From contig NIVC01002817.1 of the NCBI GenBank assembly GCA_002269645.1, forward strand, positions 62,001 through 126,000: 64,000 bases of DNA, in the 5' to 3' direction. The stretch is from Macrostomum lignano (lineage: Eukaryota). Numbering within the stretch: position 1 is the first letter of the stretch; each line of letters opens with the position of its first letter. Below the pieces are notes generated by a model. That model saw only the letters and a program-made list of their open reading frames with translations, did no database searches and had not been told where the DNA came from. The position numbers and the translations under genes were made by a program. Shown here in pieces: positions 1 through 10,769 of this stretch.

Positions 1-526
1 TCATGTTTTTTTAGGTTAAGAAAGCACCTCAACAAGAAATCGCAACAACGGCTTTAAATTTGAATTTACTTATGCACGGTGTAATTAGGGGCGATTAAAC
101 TGCACGCATAAAATGCGATAAGAGGGAGCTTGCCGAGTTTTTACAACATAGTAGTATTCACTGTGTGTACTTTGACAAACGGCCACGATCGATCACGGGC
201 GTAGCCAAGGTTATTCCTTCAATTTCTATACTGAATGTGGTCCTTTGGGCTTTGGACCATATCAAGAGATGAACACTGGGTCTCCCTTCTATCAAAAGCA
301 GTAACACTTTTCGTGTAGAAAATGACAACGTGCTATCTACCTATTGTATTTTTCGGTATATCCCGCCTTCAAAAATTCCAAGAAACATTGTTTCCAGCAG
401 TTCGATCTGCTTGTGGTCCTTGAGAGCATAATTGAGTTTAAATGGAATCAATGATCAATATTAGTACGAATTTCGTACTAATCTAGATGTTTTTTCAATA
501 TAGGTATACAGTGCTATAATAGTAGC

Positions 527-756
527 TGTTGTGCTTTGAGGCGTGGCCAAATGAATACGATGCGAGAAGCGATTGCAGGGTAGAAAAGTAACAAAGGCTT
601 GAAAGGCCGGTGCGCACTTATATTATAATTTACCTACTAACCAGCATGATTCAGCAAACCCCCCCACCCGGCCTAGGCCGGTCTGGGCAGACAGACAAAA
701 CCCCCCAGCCAATCAGAACGCAAGAACCCTAACCGGCGTACAAGCCGTACACAACA
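527..756 (-). repeat. 3' LTR
   Basis: TGTTGTGCTTTGAGG...GTACACAACA; differs from the other LTR at about 3 positions (poly-C length, one C indel, one A/T substitution) by manual comparison. Confidence 0.96.
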
Positions 757-766
757 TCACCCCCTC
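757..766 (-). other. Polypurine tract (plus-strand primer)
   Basis: Minus strand reads GAGGGGGTGA immediately before the 3' LTR. Confidence 0.85.
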
Positions 767-846
767 GAAAAAGCAAACAGAAGCAATGCATGGGGAACAC
801 AACAGTCCATAGAGTGCGCACAGTCAAAAGTTATTCAGTTCGCGAA

Positions 847-3800
847 TCAACTCGGGCTGAACCGGACCGGAGCTCTTCTGGTTCGGCCGCTTCGTCTCGG
901 CGGAGTCGGCGGCGTCTCGTTGGTCGGCGCCCTTGCCGGCGGCGCTAGCGCTGGCGCTGGTGTTGGCGCCATCAGAGCACCGAGTCCGGCATCAGTCGTG
1001 TCGCTATCCGCTGACGGTGTACTCGAAACGCGAACCAGGTTGTCAGAGTGCCATCGCGTGCCGTCGTCTAGCAGCCAGGACTCCGGGCCCAGCCGCCGGG
1101 TGATCCTTCGAGTCTCGCCGAGCCTTGTCGCCAGCTTGTGGGCCGTCTGTGGCCTGCGGACGCGCACGGAGTCACCAGCCTGCAGTCTCGAGGGTCGGGC
1201 TCCTCGGCGCCGGTCGGTGGCCAGCCTGGCCTTCTCCTTGTTGGCCTGGACTCGACGCTCGGTCCCCGATGGCACCGTTGGACTCAGGGGGCGGATGCCT
1301 CGACTCCACTGGCTCAGAGGTCCTCGAAACGGCCGACCGACCATCAGCTCAGCCGGTGTCAGGCCCGTGGTTGCATTCGCTGTCGACCGCTAGCATTGCA
1401 GGAACTCGCGGATTGCCTCCTTGAAGCTGATGCCGTCCTTGAGGTGCGCCTTCAGCGACTCCTTCAGGGTGCGGTTGAGGCGCTCGACATTCGAGTTTGA
1501 CTGCGGATGGTACAGCGAGGTTTTCGCATGCTGAACACCGTGGCTGGCTAGAAATTCCTCGAAGGCGTGGCTGGTGAACTGCGGCCCGTTGTCAGTCACG
1601 ATCTTGCCTGGCAGTCCCCATCGAGCGAACAGGTCCTTGAGGAAGTCGGCGATGACCTCGGCCGTCACCGAAGCCGTAGTCCGAATCTCTGGCCACTTGG
1701 AGTGCAGGTCAATGGCAACGATTGCGAATCGGCTGCTGGCAGGCGCTTCGTGGATCTCCCCGAAGATGTCAAGCTGAATCGTGTGCCACGGCTCTTTGGG
1801 CCACTCGGTCGTCTGCGATGGAGCAGCGGGTCGCTTCCACTTCTCCGCCAAGCAGCAGCTGACGCAGGACTTGGCCAGATCCTCCAGTTGGGCGTCAATT
1901 CCCGGCCACCAGACGGTATCGCGAGCTCGGTACTTCATCTTGACGATGCCGCAATGTCCCTGGTGGATCAGCGCTAGTGCAGTGGCGCGCAGACTCTCGG
2001 GCACGACCGCGCGGTTGCCGCGAACCAGGAAGTTGCTGACCGTTGACATCTCGTCTCGGAGCTTGAAGAAGATTTTCTCCTCATCTGTTGGCGGCTCCTT
2101 CCAGTTGGCTTGAAGCTTTGCGGAGACACTGCGAATGAGCGGATCGGCCTGCGAGTGCTTGTCCAGCAGCTCGGCCGATAGAATCCCGTCTAGCACCTGG
2201 TGGATGTCGGCGATCTCGTCGTCGTCATCGCCGCTGTCTGTCGACTCGGGTGGTCGCTCGAAACGGGACAGGAAGTCTGGCACAACGTTGTCCTTTCCAG
2301 GCTTATACTCGACGCTGAAGTTGTACTGCTGGAGCCGGTCGTTCCATCGGTGGATGCGCAGCGGCTTGTGCCCGGTGCCTTGGGTACACAACAGTGCCTT
2401 GAGAGCCGAATGGTCAGTGCGCAAAGTCAGCCGTCTGCCGTAGGTGTAGATGTGCCAGCGCTCGAGAGCCCAGATGCACGCCAGGGCCTCTTTCTCGCTA
2501 GCTGAGTATCTGGACTCCGTTGGCGTCAGTGCTCGCGAGGCGTAGGCCACCGGCTTCTCTGACTCGCCTACGCGTTGAAGCAGCACCGCGCCAAGCGCGA
2601 AGTCAGACGCGTCGCACTCGACGATGGTGTCAGCGTTGCAGTCGAAGTGGCTTAGCACCGGCGAACTCGTCAGCTGTTGCTTGAGCTCGGCGAAAGCAGC
2701 GTTGCATTCGCTCGTCCAGTGGAAGACGGTGTCCTTCTTGAGCAGCTCTCGCAGTGGTCTCGCCGTCTTGGCGAAGTCGGTTATGAACTTGGCGAAGTAG
2801 TTGACGGTTGCCAGGAATGACGAGACGCCCCGTGCTGTCGTCGGTGCCGGGATGCGGAGCACATCTTCGATGTTAGACTTGGACGGTCGAACTCCATCGG
2901 CTGAGATCCTGCAGCCCAAGAACACGATCTCCGGGACGCCGATCTGGCATTTCTCCTTGTTCAGCGTCAGCCCGTTTTCGCTGAGACGTTCGAGTACTGT
3001 CTGAAGCCGCTTGCCGTGCTCGTCAGAGTTGACGCCGTGAATGACGATGTCGTCCACTGAGTGCCGGACACCCTTGATGTCGGCCAGAACGGTTGACAGG
3101 ATTTTCTGAAAACAGGCACCAGAACTGGACATGCCGAACGGGACCCTCGTGAACTGGTAAAGCCCGCAGTGAGTGATGAACGCGGTCAGCTGCCTACTGC
3201 CGGGGTGCAGTGGTATCTGCAGGTAGCTTTGCTTCAGGTCCAGCTTGCTGAAGATCTGCGCGCCTGCAAACTCTGCGGCCAGCTCCTCCTGGGTCGGCAC
3301 AGGAAACTTATCCGGGTTGATCGCTTGGTTGCAGTTGCGCAGATCAACGCACAGTCGCAGGTCGCCATTCTTCTTCTTGGATACGACTAGATTGGACACC
3401 CAGGGAGAGGCATCAATCTTCTCGATGACACCTGCGGCCTCCATCTTGCTTAGCTCGTCCTTCACGCGGTCCTGAAGTGCCAGCGGCACCCGGCGCAGCG
3501 GCTGAACTGTCGGTGTCGCATCCTGGCGCAGCTGTGGTCGATGGCAAAACTTCTTGGCCATACCGATGCCGTCGAAGATTCCCGGGAACTCTCCAGCGAT
3601 ATCATCGATGTTGTTGATTGCGTTGACTCGGATTGAGAATTCCAGCTTGTCCATGCCGTCCAGACCAAGGATGTTGGCACCTCGTCGTGCGATGAAGAAG
3701 CGGCAGATGGCGGACTTGCCGCGGTGCACAACGCACAGCTTTGCGGTCCCGAGCACGTCAATTGCAGAGCCTGTGTACGAGAACAGCTGCTTCGGAGTCG

Positions 3801-4278
3801 GCGTGATGACCGGTTGCTTCAGCAGGCGTTTCACGGTCTTCTCGTTGATGATGTTGACTCTTGAGCCCGTGTCCAATAGGAGCCTGACGTCGATGTCAGC
3901 GATGCTGCACGTCGCGAAGTTAAGGAGCGATGCTTCGTATTCTACCGCAGATACTATGAATGGCTCGTCGTCTTCGTCCTTTACGGTGCGAACCTGGCGT
4001 CGCTGTCGGCAGCAAGCTTTGAAGTGTCCGACCTTGTGGCAGTGCAAGCAGGTCTTGTCTTTCGCTGGACACTCTAAGGCGCGGGCAGCGTGCCCGGCCC
4101 TCCCGCAGTTGCCGCACCGTGTCTCTGTGCCGGATTTCTGCGGTGCTTGGGTCCCTTGCGTGATGGCATACGCTGGCTGACCTTCTGGATGCGGGACTCG
4201 TCCTTGTCGCTCTTGCCGTCGCGCAGCTTCTTGGCGTCGTTGATTGCAGATTCGACCTGAACCGCCAATGTCATCGCC
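847..4278 (-). pseudogene. Gag zinc knuckles plus Pol (protease, RT, RNase H, integrase), interrupted by an in-frame TAG at 1392-1390
   Basis: Frame open 4278-1393: CGNCGRAGHAARALEC and CLHCHKVGHFKACC knuckles, LLDTGS protease, RT with SVDD, CDASDFALGAVL...TDHSAL RNase H, HQGH...CVSC zinc finger and LDIF/TDNGPQF/NVERLN integrase triad. After the TAG the same frame continues RSTANATTGLTPAELMVGRPFR (integrase YRxTPHxTTGxSPAEL-like motif) and includes ORF 847..1344. Confidence 0.93.
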
Positions 4279-4766
4279 CTATCCAGCTCGAGCTCCTTCT
4301 CCATGAGCAGTCGCTCTCGGATGCGCGGCGAATGGGTCTTCTCGATGATCTGGTCCCGGATCATCTGGTCACGGAGAGCGCCATATTCGCAGTCTGCCGC
4401 GAGTTCTCGGAGGGCGTCGACGAACTGGCTGACTGGCTCGCCTGGCATCTGGGCGCGCGACTTGAACTTGTAGCGGTTGCTGATCGTGCTGTGCGACTGA
4501 CCGAAGATCGTTTTCAGTGCAGCCACCAGCTTGTCAAACGTATCAACGCTCGTCGTGGGCAGATTTCTCAGCGCGTAGACTCTCTGGCCCTCCTCGCCTA
4601 GCAGATGAATGAGAATCGCCTTCTTGCGTGCATCCGATGCTTCATTTAGATCCAAGGCCTCCAGGTAAATCTTGAATCCTTCGATCCAACGATTCCAAGG
4701 CGTTTGTGGCTGTCCTGGGTGGGCGAGAAACACGCGTGGCTCGGAAATGCTCAGACTCGTCGCCAT
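4074..4766 (-). CDS. Gag (capsid region) of the LTR element; out of frame with its own zinc knuckles
   Basis: MATSLSISEP...WNRWIEGFKIYLEA...RYKFKSRAQMPGEPVSQFVDALRELAADCEYGALRDQMIRDQII, typical of Mag-like Gag; ATG at 4766-4764. Confidence 0.88.
   Translation of the reverse strand: MATSLSISEPRVFLAHPGQPQTPWNRWIEGFKIYLEALDLNEASDARKKAILIHLLGEEGQRVYALRNLPTTSVDTFDKLVAALKTIFGQSHSTISNRYKFKSRAQMPGEPVSQFVDALRELAADCEYGALRDQMIRDQIIEKTHSPRIRERLLMEKELELDRAMTLAVQVESAINDAKKLRDGKSDKDESRIQKVSQRMPSRKGPKHRRNPAQRHGAATAGGPGTLPAP
4756..4765 (-). promoter_or_regulatory. Primer-binding site TGGCGACGAG
   Basis: Directly follows the 5' LTR on the minus strand; complementary to the CTCGTCGCCA 3' end I recall for metazoan tRNA-Ser(GCU). 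Confidence 0.85.
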
Positions 4767-4995
4767 GTTGTGCTTTGAGGCGTGGCCAAATGAATACGAT
4801 GCGAGAAGCGATTGCAGGGTAGAAAAGTAACAAAGGCTTGAAAGGCCGGTGCGCACTTATATTATAATTTACCTACTAACCAGCATGATTCAGCAAACCC
4901 CCCACCCGGCCTAGGCCGGTCTGGGCAGACAGACAACAACCCCCCAGCCAATCAGAACGCAAGAACCCTAACCGGCGTACAAGCCGTACTCAACA
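4766..4995 (-). repeat. 5' LTR
   Basis: Near-identical copy of 527-756; contains a CCAAT pentamer (4948-4952), a TATAATATAA-like AT element (about 4857-4868, minus strand) and the perfect palindrome CCGGCCTAGGCCGG. Confidence 0.96.
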
Positions 4996-6734
4996 GTAGC
5001 AATAGTAGCTTCTGGATGGCATATCATAATTTTCGGCTTCTACACTTTCTATGCATCATGGAATGGAAATCACCGGTGTCAAACAGTTAATAAAAGCAAA
5101 ACCTAAGGTATAAAAATTTTTCAGAGAAATATTTATTGCTAAAACTATTTAAGTCTTTTTAATTTGCTTTAAAATTTCAAAAAGGTATAAAAGTAATTTC
5201 TGTGAAAAAGTTAGCACAAATTTTAAGACGTGTTTTAACTTTCATCGATCATTTTCTTCCACGATCGGGCGCGGGCCCGCCCGTCACCGTCACCGGCATC
5301 CTTTTTTAAGCATCATGCCTTATGCTATGCCTTAGCTGCGGTCACCTGTTTTGTTTGATCGTTCGGAGAGCGACTTTTTGTGTCTACTCTTGGGTTTATT
5401 AAATAAATTATTCTAAAATTTATTTATCATAGGCCTATTGCCATATTGGATTGTATTGTATTGGATAGTTTGTATTGGATTGTATTGAATTAGTATTGGA
5501 TTGAATACAAATGCTGGGCACTAAAAAGCATGGGAACCTTTCCATATACTTCATCTTTTTAAACTAATACTTCCATGGCATAATGTGGCTCCATTTTTAT
5601 CAATCCTACTTAAATTTGACATAAATAATCTTATTTTGGTACAATTCACAATTGCAAACAGATAAACTTTTGAATCTTAAAGTTGATCCTTAATGCCAAT
5701 GGCATTGTGCACTTTCAAAGTTCAAACTCTTCAACCCAACCTTTGCCTCTCTCTTTCCGTTATCTGTCAAGATTAAAAAAATGGTTTTAAAATTAACTAG
5801 TTTTTAGCTGGTTTAAGTTTGCTCTATATATATGAAGCAATCAACTTTAAACTTGACAAAATTCTTTATTGACTTATTTTCTAAGTGTAAAATCTTAACT
5901 CTGTAACTCAATCAGGATAGAAACTATAACCATGCAAATTTGTCTACTTTTTCTGGTTATTTAGGCCATTCTTATTTACTTATTCTCTGCTAATAGTCAA
6001 TAGAGGGGGTAAGCCAGTATATTATCAATGTATAATGTTTTGGAATGGATGCATGCAAATTCGGCAACAGAAATTTATCACAGACAAGTCTGGCAAAAGC
6101 AAATTTGGTGACAATCTAGGCAAATTTGGCAATATATTGCATCTTTTTATCAGGGGCATCAGAACTACTTTCAAAGTGGGGGGGGGGGCTCAATAAAAAA
6201 GGGCAGATCTGAGTTACTTCAATGCAAATCAAAGGGCAAAAATTTCAACTAATGTAAGTTCATTCATGCATTAAAAAGTAATTTAATTTCACAACAAAGT
6301 ACAACCCATTACAAATAACTAATAATATTTATAAAATAACTATATATTTACTATTTAGTTATGCAATTTAGTTTACACAATGAGCAGACAGCGACAGCAG
6401 TTTAAAAAAAACAAAAATTTACAACTAATTATACTGTACTTAGATACTCATAGAACTATACATGTATATATGTAGTGGAGTGAATAAATTACTGATCATT
6501 AGAGCAATAGTTTATTGAAGTGTTGCAAGATGCAGGAATTGCATTGATTTGATGTTGACAGTACATGTAAGTTTATAGGAATATGAAATGAACATTTGAA
6601 TTTCAATTTGCTCAATTAAGCAAGTCACATTTATATCAAATACTTGTAATGCAAAAATATATAGCAGTAGATAGCCAGTAGTAGTAGCAAACTATGAAAA
6701 CTGAATAAAAGTCAGTAGTCAAAAGCTCCAAATT

Positions 6735-9700
6735 TCACACTCTGCCAAAGAAAGATTGCCGACAGCTGTTGCGACTTACAAACTTGTAAACAGCTTGTGC
6801 GAGGTTTAGATTGTCAGTACGATTCTTATGCACATTAAGTAACATGAAGCTATTGTATATTTTGGCAGTCATAGTACTTCGCAAGTAATTCTTGATCTGT
6901 TGTTGGGCTGAAAATGACCTTTTTACAGTGGCAGATATCATTGGCACTACCAAGTAGACATGCAGCATTGCAAATACATCTCGAAAGAGTGGCTGGTGAA
7001 TCTGTTCTTTTGTAAATATGTCATGCAGAGTTGTCAACCTTGAAATGAGCTTTACTTTAGGTGAACAATGCTTCACAAATCCATGCAGCAAGCATAACTA
7101 TGCTTGAAGATTGTCAGTATCCCAATCCATAGGATGGTACGCCATCAGTGATGCTGGAATAGAATTAGTGCTGCTCCATTGGCCACATGAATAAGAAGCT
7201 TCTCCATGTCTTTAAGCACATATGCTTCCTAGTCAAATCTACTGTCTAGTTCGCAAACTAAAGCATCAATAGCGGTATAATAATGCTACCTATAGTATTC
7301 TTTTACAGAGTTAGATTGATGCTGAACTGGATGCATTTTATTGCCTTCATGTTTGAGTCCTATTGGAGCCCTTCGTTCTCTTGGTAGCTTTTGTTCAATG
7401 CCAACTGCTTCTGCACCCTCGACTACTTCCTGAAACCACTCTGAAAACATGCTTCGCTCACGCAAAAGTGTGTCTTGTCTTTGAGGCAGTTTACTCTGGT
7501 AATAGCCAGCTGCTCTGATAATGTAAAAATCACTCGCGCTGCGCAAATTCCAAAATAAACAGAGAACTTCATAAGGGATTTTTGCAGATCTTCTGCCTTT
7601 GATTAATTCTCTCCAGATGACTCACTAGCAATTTTGGCCAAGCAGTTAAGCAAGTGCTTGTAGCTGTGCAATACAGACAAAATTGCCTTACAACAAACAC
7701 TCCATCGCATTGGGCAGAGCATGTGAATATTGTAGCCCTGCTCTTCCTCAATAGAAAATGACTCATTCGAGGTATGAAATAGGTCAAAGTGCTTTGGAAA
7801 GGCTTTGATGAAGACAACAGTCTCTTGTACAGTACTTAATACGGTACTGATGACATTTGATTCTCAAGTGCACCTTTGAAGGGTCAGCTGCAGACAGTGG
7901 TTAGCACAATGAACACTCAATGCTAGTGGTTGTTCTTCTTTAATGCATGTTGCCGTGTCTGTCAGTCTACCACTCATACTTGCAGCACCATCATATGCTT
8001 GACCTCTTAGGTTGCTAAGCTTCAAGTTACAATGTGTTAGAATGTCTTTTAAGGTTGAAGTAATAATTTCAGCTCCAGTTCCGCATAGTTCATGCATGCC
8101 AATGAAGTCTTTGTGCACTTGTAAATCTGGCTTTGAAACCTACCGAATGCACACTGACATTTGTTCCTTGCAGCTTATGTCACATGATTCATCAGCAATC
8201 AATGCGAATGTTGTTGACTTCTCACTAATGTCAAGTAACAAACTTTGGAGAACCTGATATGCCATGATTTCCATCATCTCTCTAATCATGTCAACACTCA
8301 AGTACTTGGAATCCTTTAGCCAAGATTGCAGTTCAGGCACATCTTCAGCTTCAGACCTTAAAATAAGCAGCTGTCTAAGATTGCCTTCAATCTCCTTACT
8401 ATTTCTTATTGCCATTCCTTGACGCATAAGATATCGCAACGAGCTAAAAACCCGTTGCAGATTTTCCCGATTTTGTAATAGCTATTGAGAATGAATAGCA
8501 TCTAATTGTGCTCCTATTGTAGATTGTAATTTCAGTTGAGTGTACACCTTCTCGTAGGCTTCTTAGTGAAAATGACTGTTATTATGTTTTTTTAGCTTTT
8601 CAATTGCTTTCTTCCAGTCACAAAAGCTGCGAAAGGTAAATGTACTCTCTCCACAACTTCTTGATAGCTTCAAGTCTGAGTTTACCACAAAGCGACAATA
8701 AAAACAAAAAAGGGTGCCTTGAGATGAGCAGTATGTAAGCCAGTCAAACTGCGCAAACCATTGTAGTTGGCATGATCGACCTGCATTGCTGCTCCCACTC
8801 CTTCTTTGCTTGAAACCAGATATGGAATCAGGCCGATTTTGCATTGTAATCTGGCAGCATCCGCAATCTAACATTTCGCATGGATTAGATGTGCTAGTGC
8901 TAAGAATGGTATTTTTTGCTGCAGATACAGCAGTCTCACCAACATTGGCATTGGCAACAGCGGCAAGGATAGTAGGCTCTCTAGAGTCAGCATTGGCAGC
9001 AGCGGCAGGGGCAGTAGAGTCAGCATTGGCAGCGGCAGGGGCAATAGAGTCAGCATTGGCAGTAGCAGGGGCAGTAGAGTCAGCATTGGCAGCAGCAGGG
9101 ACAGTAGAGTCAGCATTGGCAGCAGCGGCAGGGGCAGTAAAGTCAGTATTAGCAGTGGCAGGGGCAGTAGAGTCAGCATTGGCAGCAGCAGGGGCAGTAG
9201 AGTCAGCATTGGCAGCAGCGGCAGGGGCAGTAAAGTCAGTATTGGCAAAGGCAGGGGCAGTAGAGTCAGCATTGGCAGTGGCAGGGGCAATAGAGTCAGC
9301 ATTGGCAGTGGCAAGGGCAGTAGAGTCAGCATTGACAAAGGCAGAGGCAGTAGAGTCAGCATTGGCAGTGGCAGGGGCAGTAGAGTCAGCATTGGCAGCG
9401 GCAAGGGCAATAGAGTCAGCATTGGCAGCGGCAGGGGTAGTAAAGTCAGCATTGGCAGTGGCAAGGGCAGTAGAGTCAGCATTGGCAGCAGCGGCAGGGG
9501 CAGTAGAGTCAGCATTGGCAAAGGCAGAGGCAGTAGAGTCAGCATTGGCAGTGGCAGGGGCAGTAGAGTCAGCATTGGCAAAGGCAGGGGCAGTAGAGTC
9601 AGCATTGGCAGCGGCAGGGGCAGTAGAGTCAGCATTGGCAGTGGCAAGGGCAATAGAGTCAGCATTGGCAGCAGTGGCAGGGGCAGTAGAGTCAGCATTG

Positions 9701-10769
9701 GCAGTGGCAGGGGCAGAAGGGTCAGCATTGGCAGCAGTGGCAGGGGCAGTAGAGTCAGCATTAGCAGTGGCAGGGGCAGTAGAGTCAGCATTGGCAGCAG
9801 CAGGGGCAGTAGAGTCAGCATTGGCAGCAGCGGCAGGGGCAGTAAAGTCAGTATTGGCAAAGGCAGGGGCAGTAGAGTCAGCATTGGCAGTGGCAGGGGC
9901 AATAGAGTCAGCATTGGCAGTGGCAGGGGCAGTAGAGTCAGCATTGACAAAGGCAGAGGCAGTAGAGTCAGCATTGGCAGCGGCAGGGGCAGTAGAGTCA
10001 GCATTGGCAGCGGCAGGGGCAGTAGAGTCAGCATTGGCAGCGGCAGGGGTAGTAAAGTCAGCATTGGCAGTGGCAAGGGCAGTAGAGTCAGCATTGGCAG
10101 CAGCGGCAGGGGCAGTAGAGTCAGCATTGGCAAAGGCAGAGGCAGTAGAGTCAGCATTGGCAGCGGCAGGGGCAGTAGAGTCAGCATTGGCAAAGGCAGG
10201 GGCAGTAGAGTCAGCATTGGCAGCGGCAGGGGCAGTAGAGTCAGCATTGGCAGTGGCAAGGGCAATAGAGTCAGCATTGGCAGCAGTGGCAGGGGCAGTA
10301 GAGTCAGCATTGGCAGTGGCAGGGGCAGAAGGGTCAGCATTGGCAGCAGTGGCAGGGGCAGTAGAGTCAGCATTAGCAGTGGCAGAGGCAGTAGAGTCAG
10401 CATTGGCAGCAGTGGCAGGGGCAGTAGAGTCAGCATTGGCAGCGGCAGGGGCAGTAGAGTCAGCATTGGCAGCAGCAGGGGCAATAGAGTCAGCATTGGC
10501 AGCAGCGGCAAGGGCAGTAAGCTCTCTCAAGTCAGCTTTAGTTAGCAGCAGCTGTGCCAGATGGAGCATTCAAGTTAGCTTCAATGGGAGAAACAAGCCT
10601 AAAAAACAGCAATTAACAAGCAGCATATAGCTTAATATCAACACAGTATCATATCTTCATAGCCTACATTTAGATTATGTATTTACCAGTTAGTCATTTT
10701 CCTTGACTTTTTGGCTGCCTGTTTCATATCCTTTTCATGTTGTTTCTTTCTCCTTTTAGCCATTGGCAT
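6735..10769 (-). pseudogene. hAT transposase pseudogene (2 exons: 10769-10687 and 10598-6735)
   Basis: TTF-type zinc finger (WFAQFDWLTY...FCFYC...DWKKAIEKLKKH), FALIADESCDISCKEQMSVCIR, GQAYDGAASMSG, HCANHCL (CxxH), LCPMRW, and a C-terminal dimerisation region (VPMISATVKRSFS...KNYLRSTMT). Multiple in-frame stops (e.g. 8565-8563, 8142-8140, 7866-7864) and frameshifts. Confidence 0.9.
8985..10515 (-). repeat. 30/33-bp coding minisatellite inside the transposase (about 50 units of APA(A/T)(A)NADST) with a 612-bp higher-order duplication
   Basis: + strand unit GGCAGCGGCAGGGGCAGTAGAGTCAGCATT; rare variants recur 612 bp apart (GAAGG at 9716/10328; ATTGACAAAG at 9331/9943). Confidence 0.95.

Larger units (their letters stand above)
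527..4995 (-). mobile_element. Full-length Ty3/Gypsy LTR retrotransposon (Mag-like), 4,469 bp, probably non-autonomous (two coding lesions)
   Basis: Two 230-bp direct repeats (527-756, 4766-4995) with TG...CA ends; identical 5-bp flanks GTAGC (522-526 and 4996-5000) = TSD; PBS and PPT present; domain order gag-PR-RT-RNaseH-IN is diagnostic of Ty3/Gypsy. Confidence 0.97.

Noticed and set aside
460-486. Perfect 11-bp inverted repeat ATTAGTACGAA-T-TTCGTACTAAT followed by CTAG, suggesting a Helitron 3' end
   Set aside because: The hairpin is AT-rich, has no spacer before CTAG, the next base is A rather than T, and no Rep/helicase sequence is present.
847-1344. Separate ORF after pol, possible env-like gene
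   Set aside because: It is in frame with pol and continues the integrase C-terminus beyond a single TAG.
920-4180. Several + strand ORFs within the LTR element (920..1393, 1567..1977, 3554..4180 etc.)
   Set aside because: Antisense shadows of a GC-rich coding strand with no recognisable motifs.
8985-10515. Antifreeze-glycoprotein-like gene
   Set aside because: Not a strict (Ala-Ala-Thr)n tripeptide, no signal peptide, and it lies inside a TIR/TSD-bounded hAT transposase.
8786-10630. 614-aa antisense ORF (AVESALAAAG)n and 547-aa (MLTLLPLPL)n alternative frame
   Set aside because: The repeat unit lacks stops in these frames; only the NADST frame connects to transposase domains.
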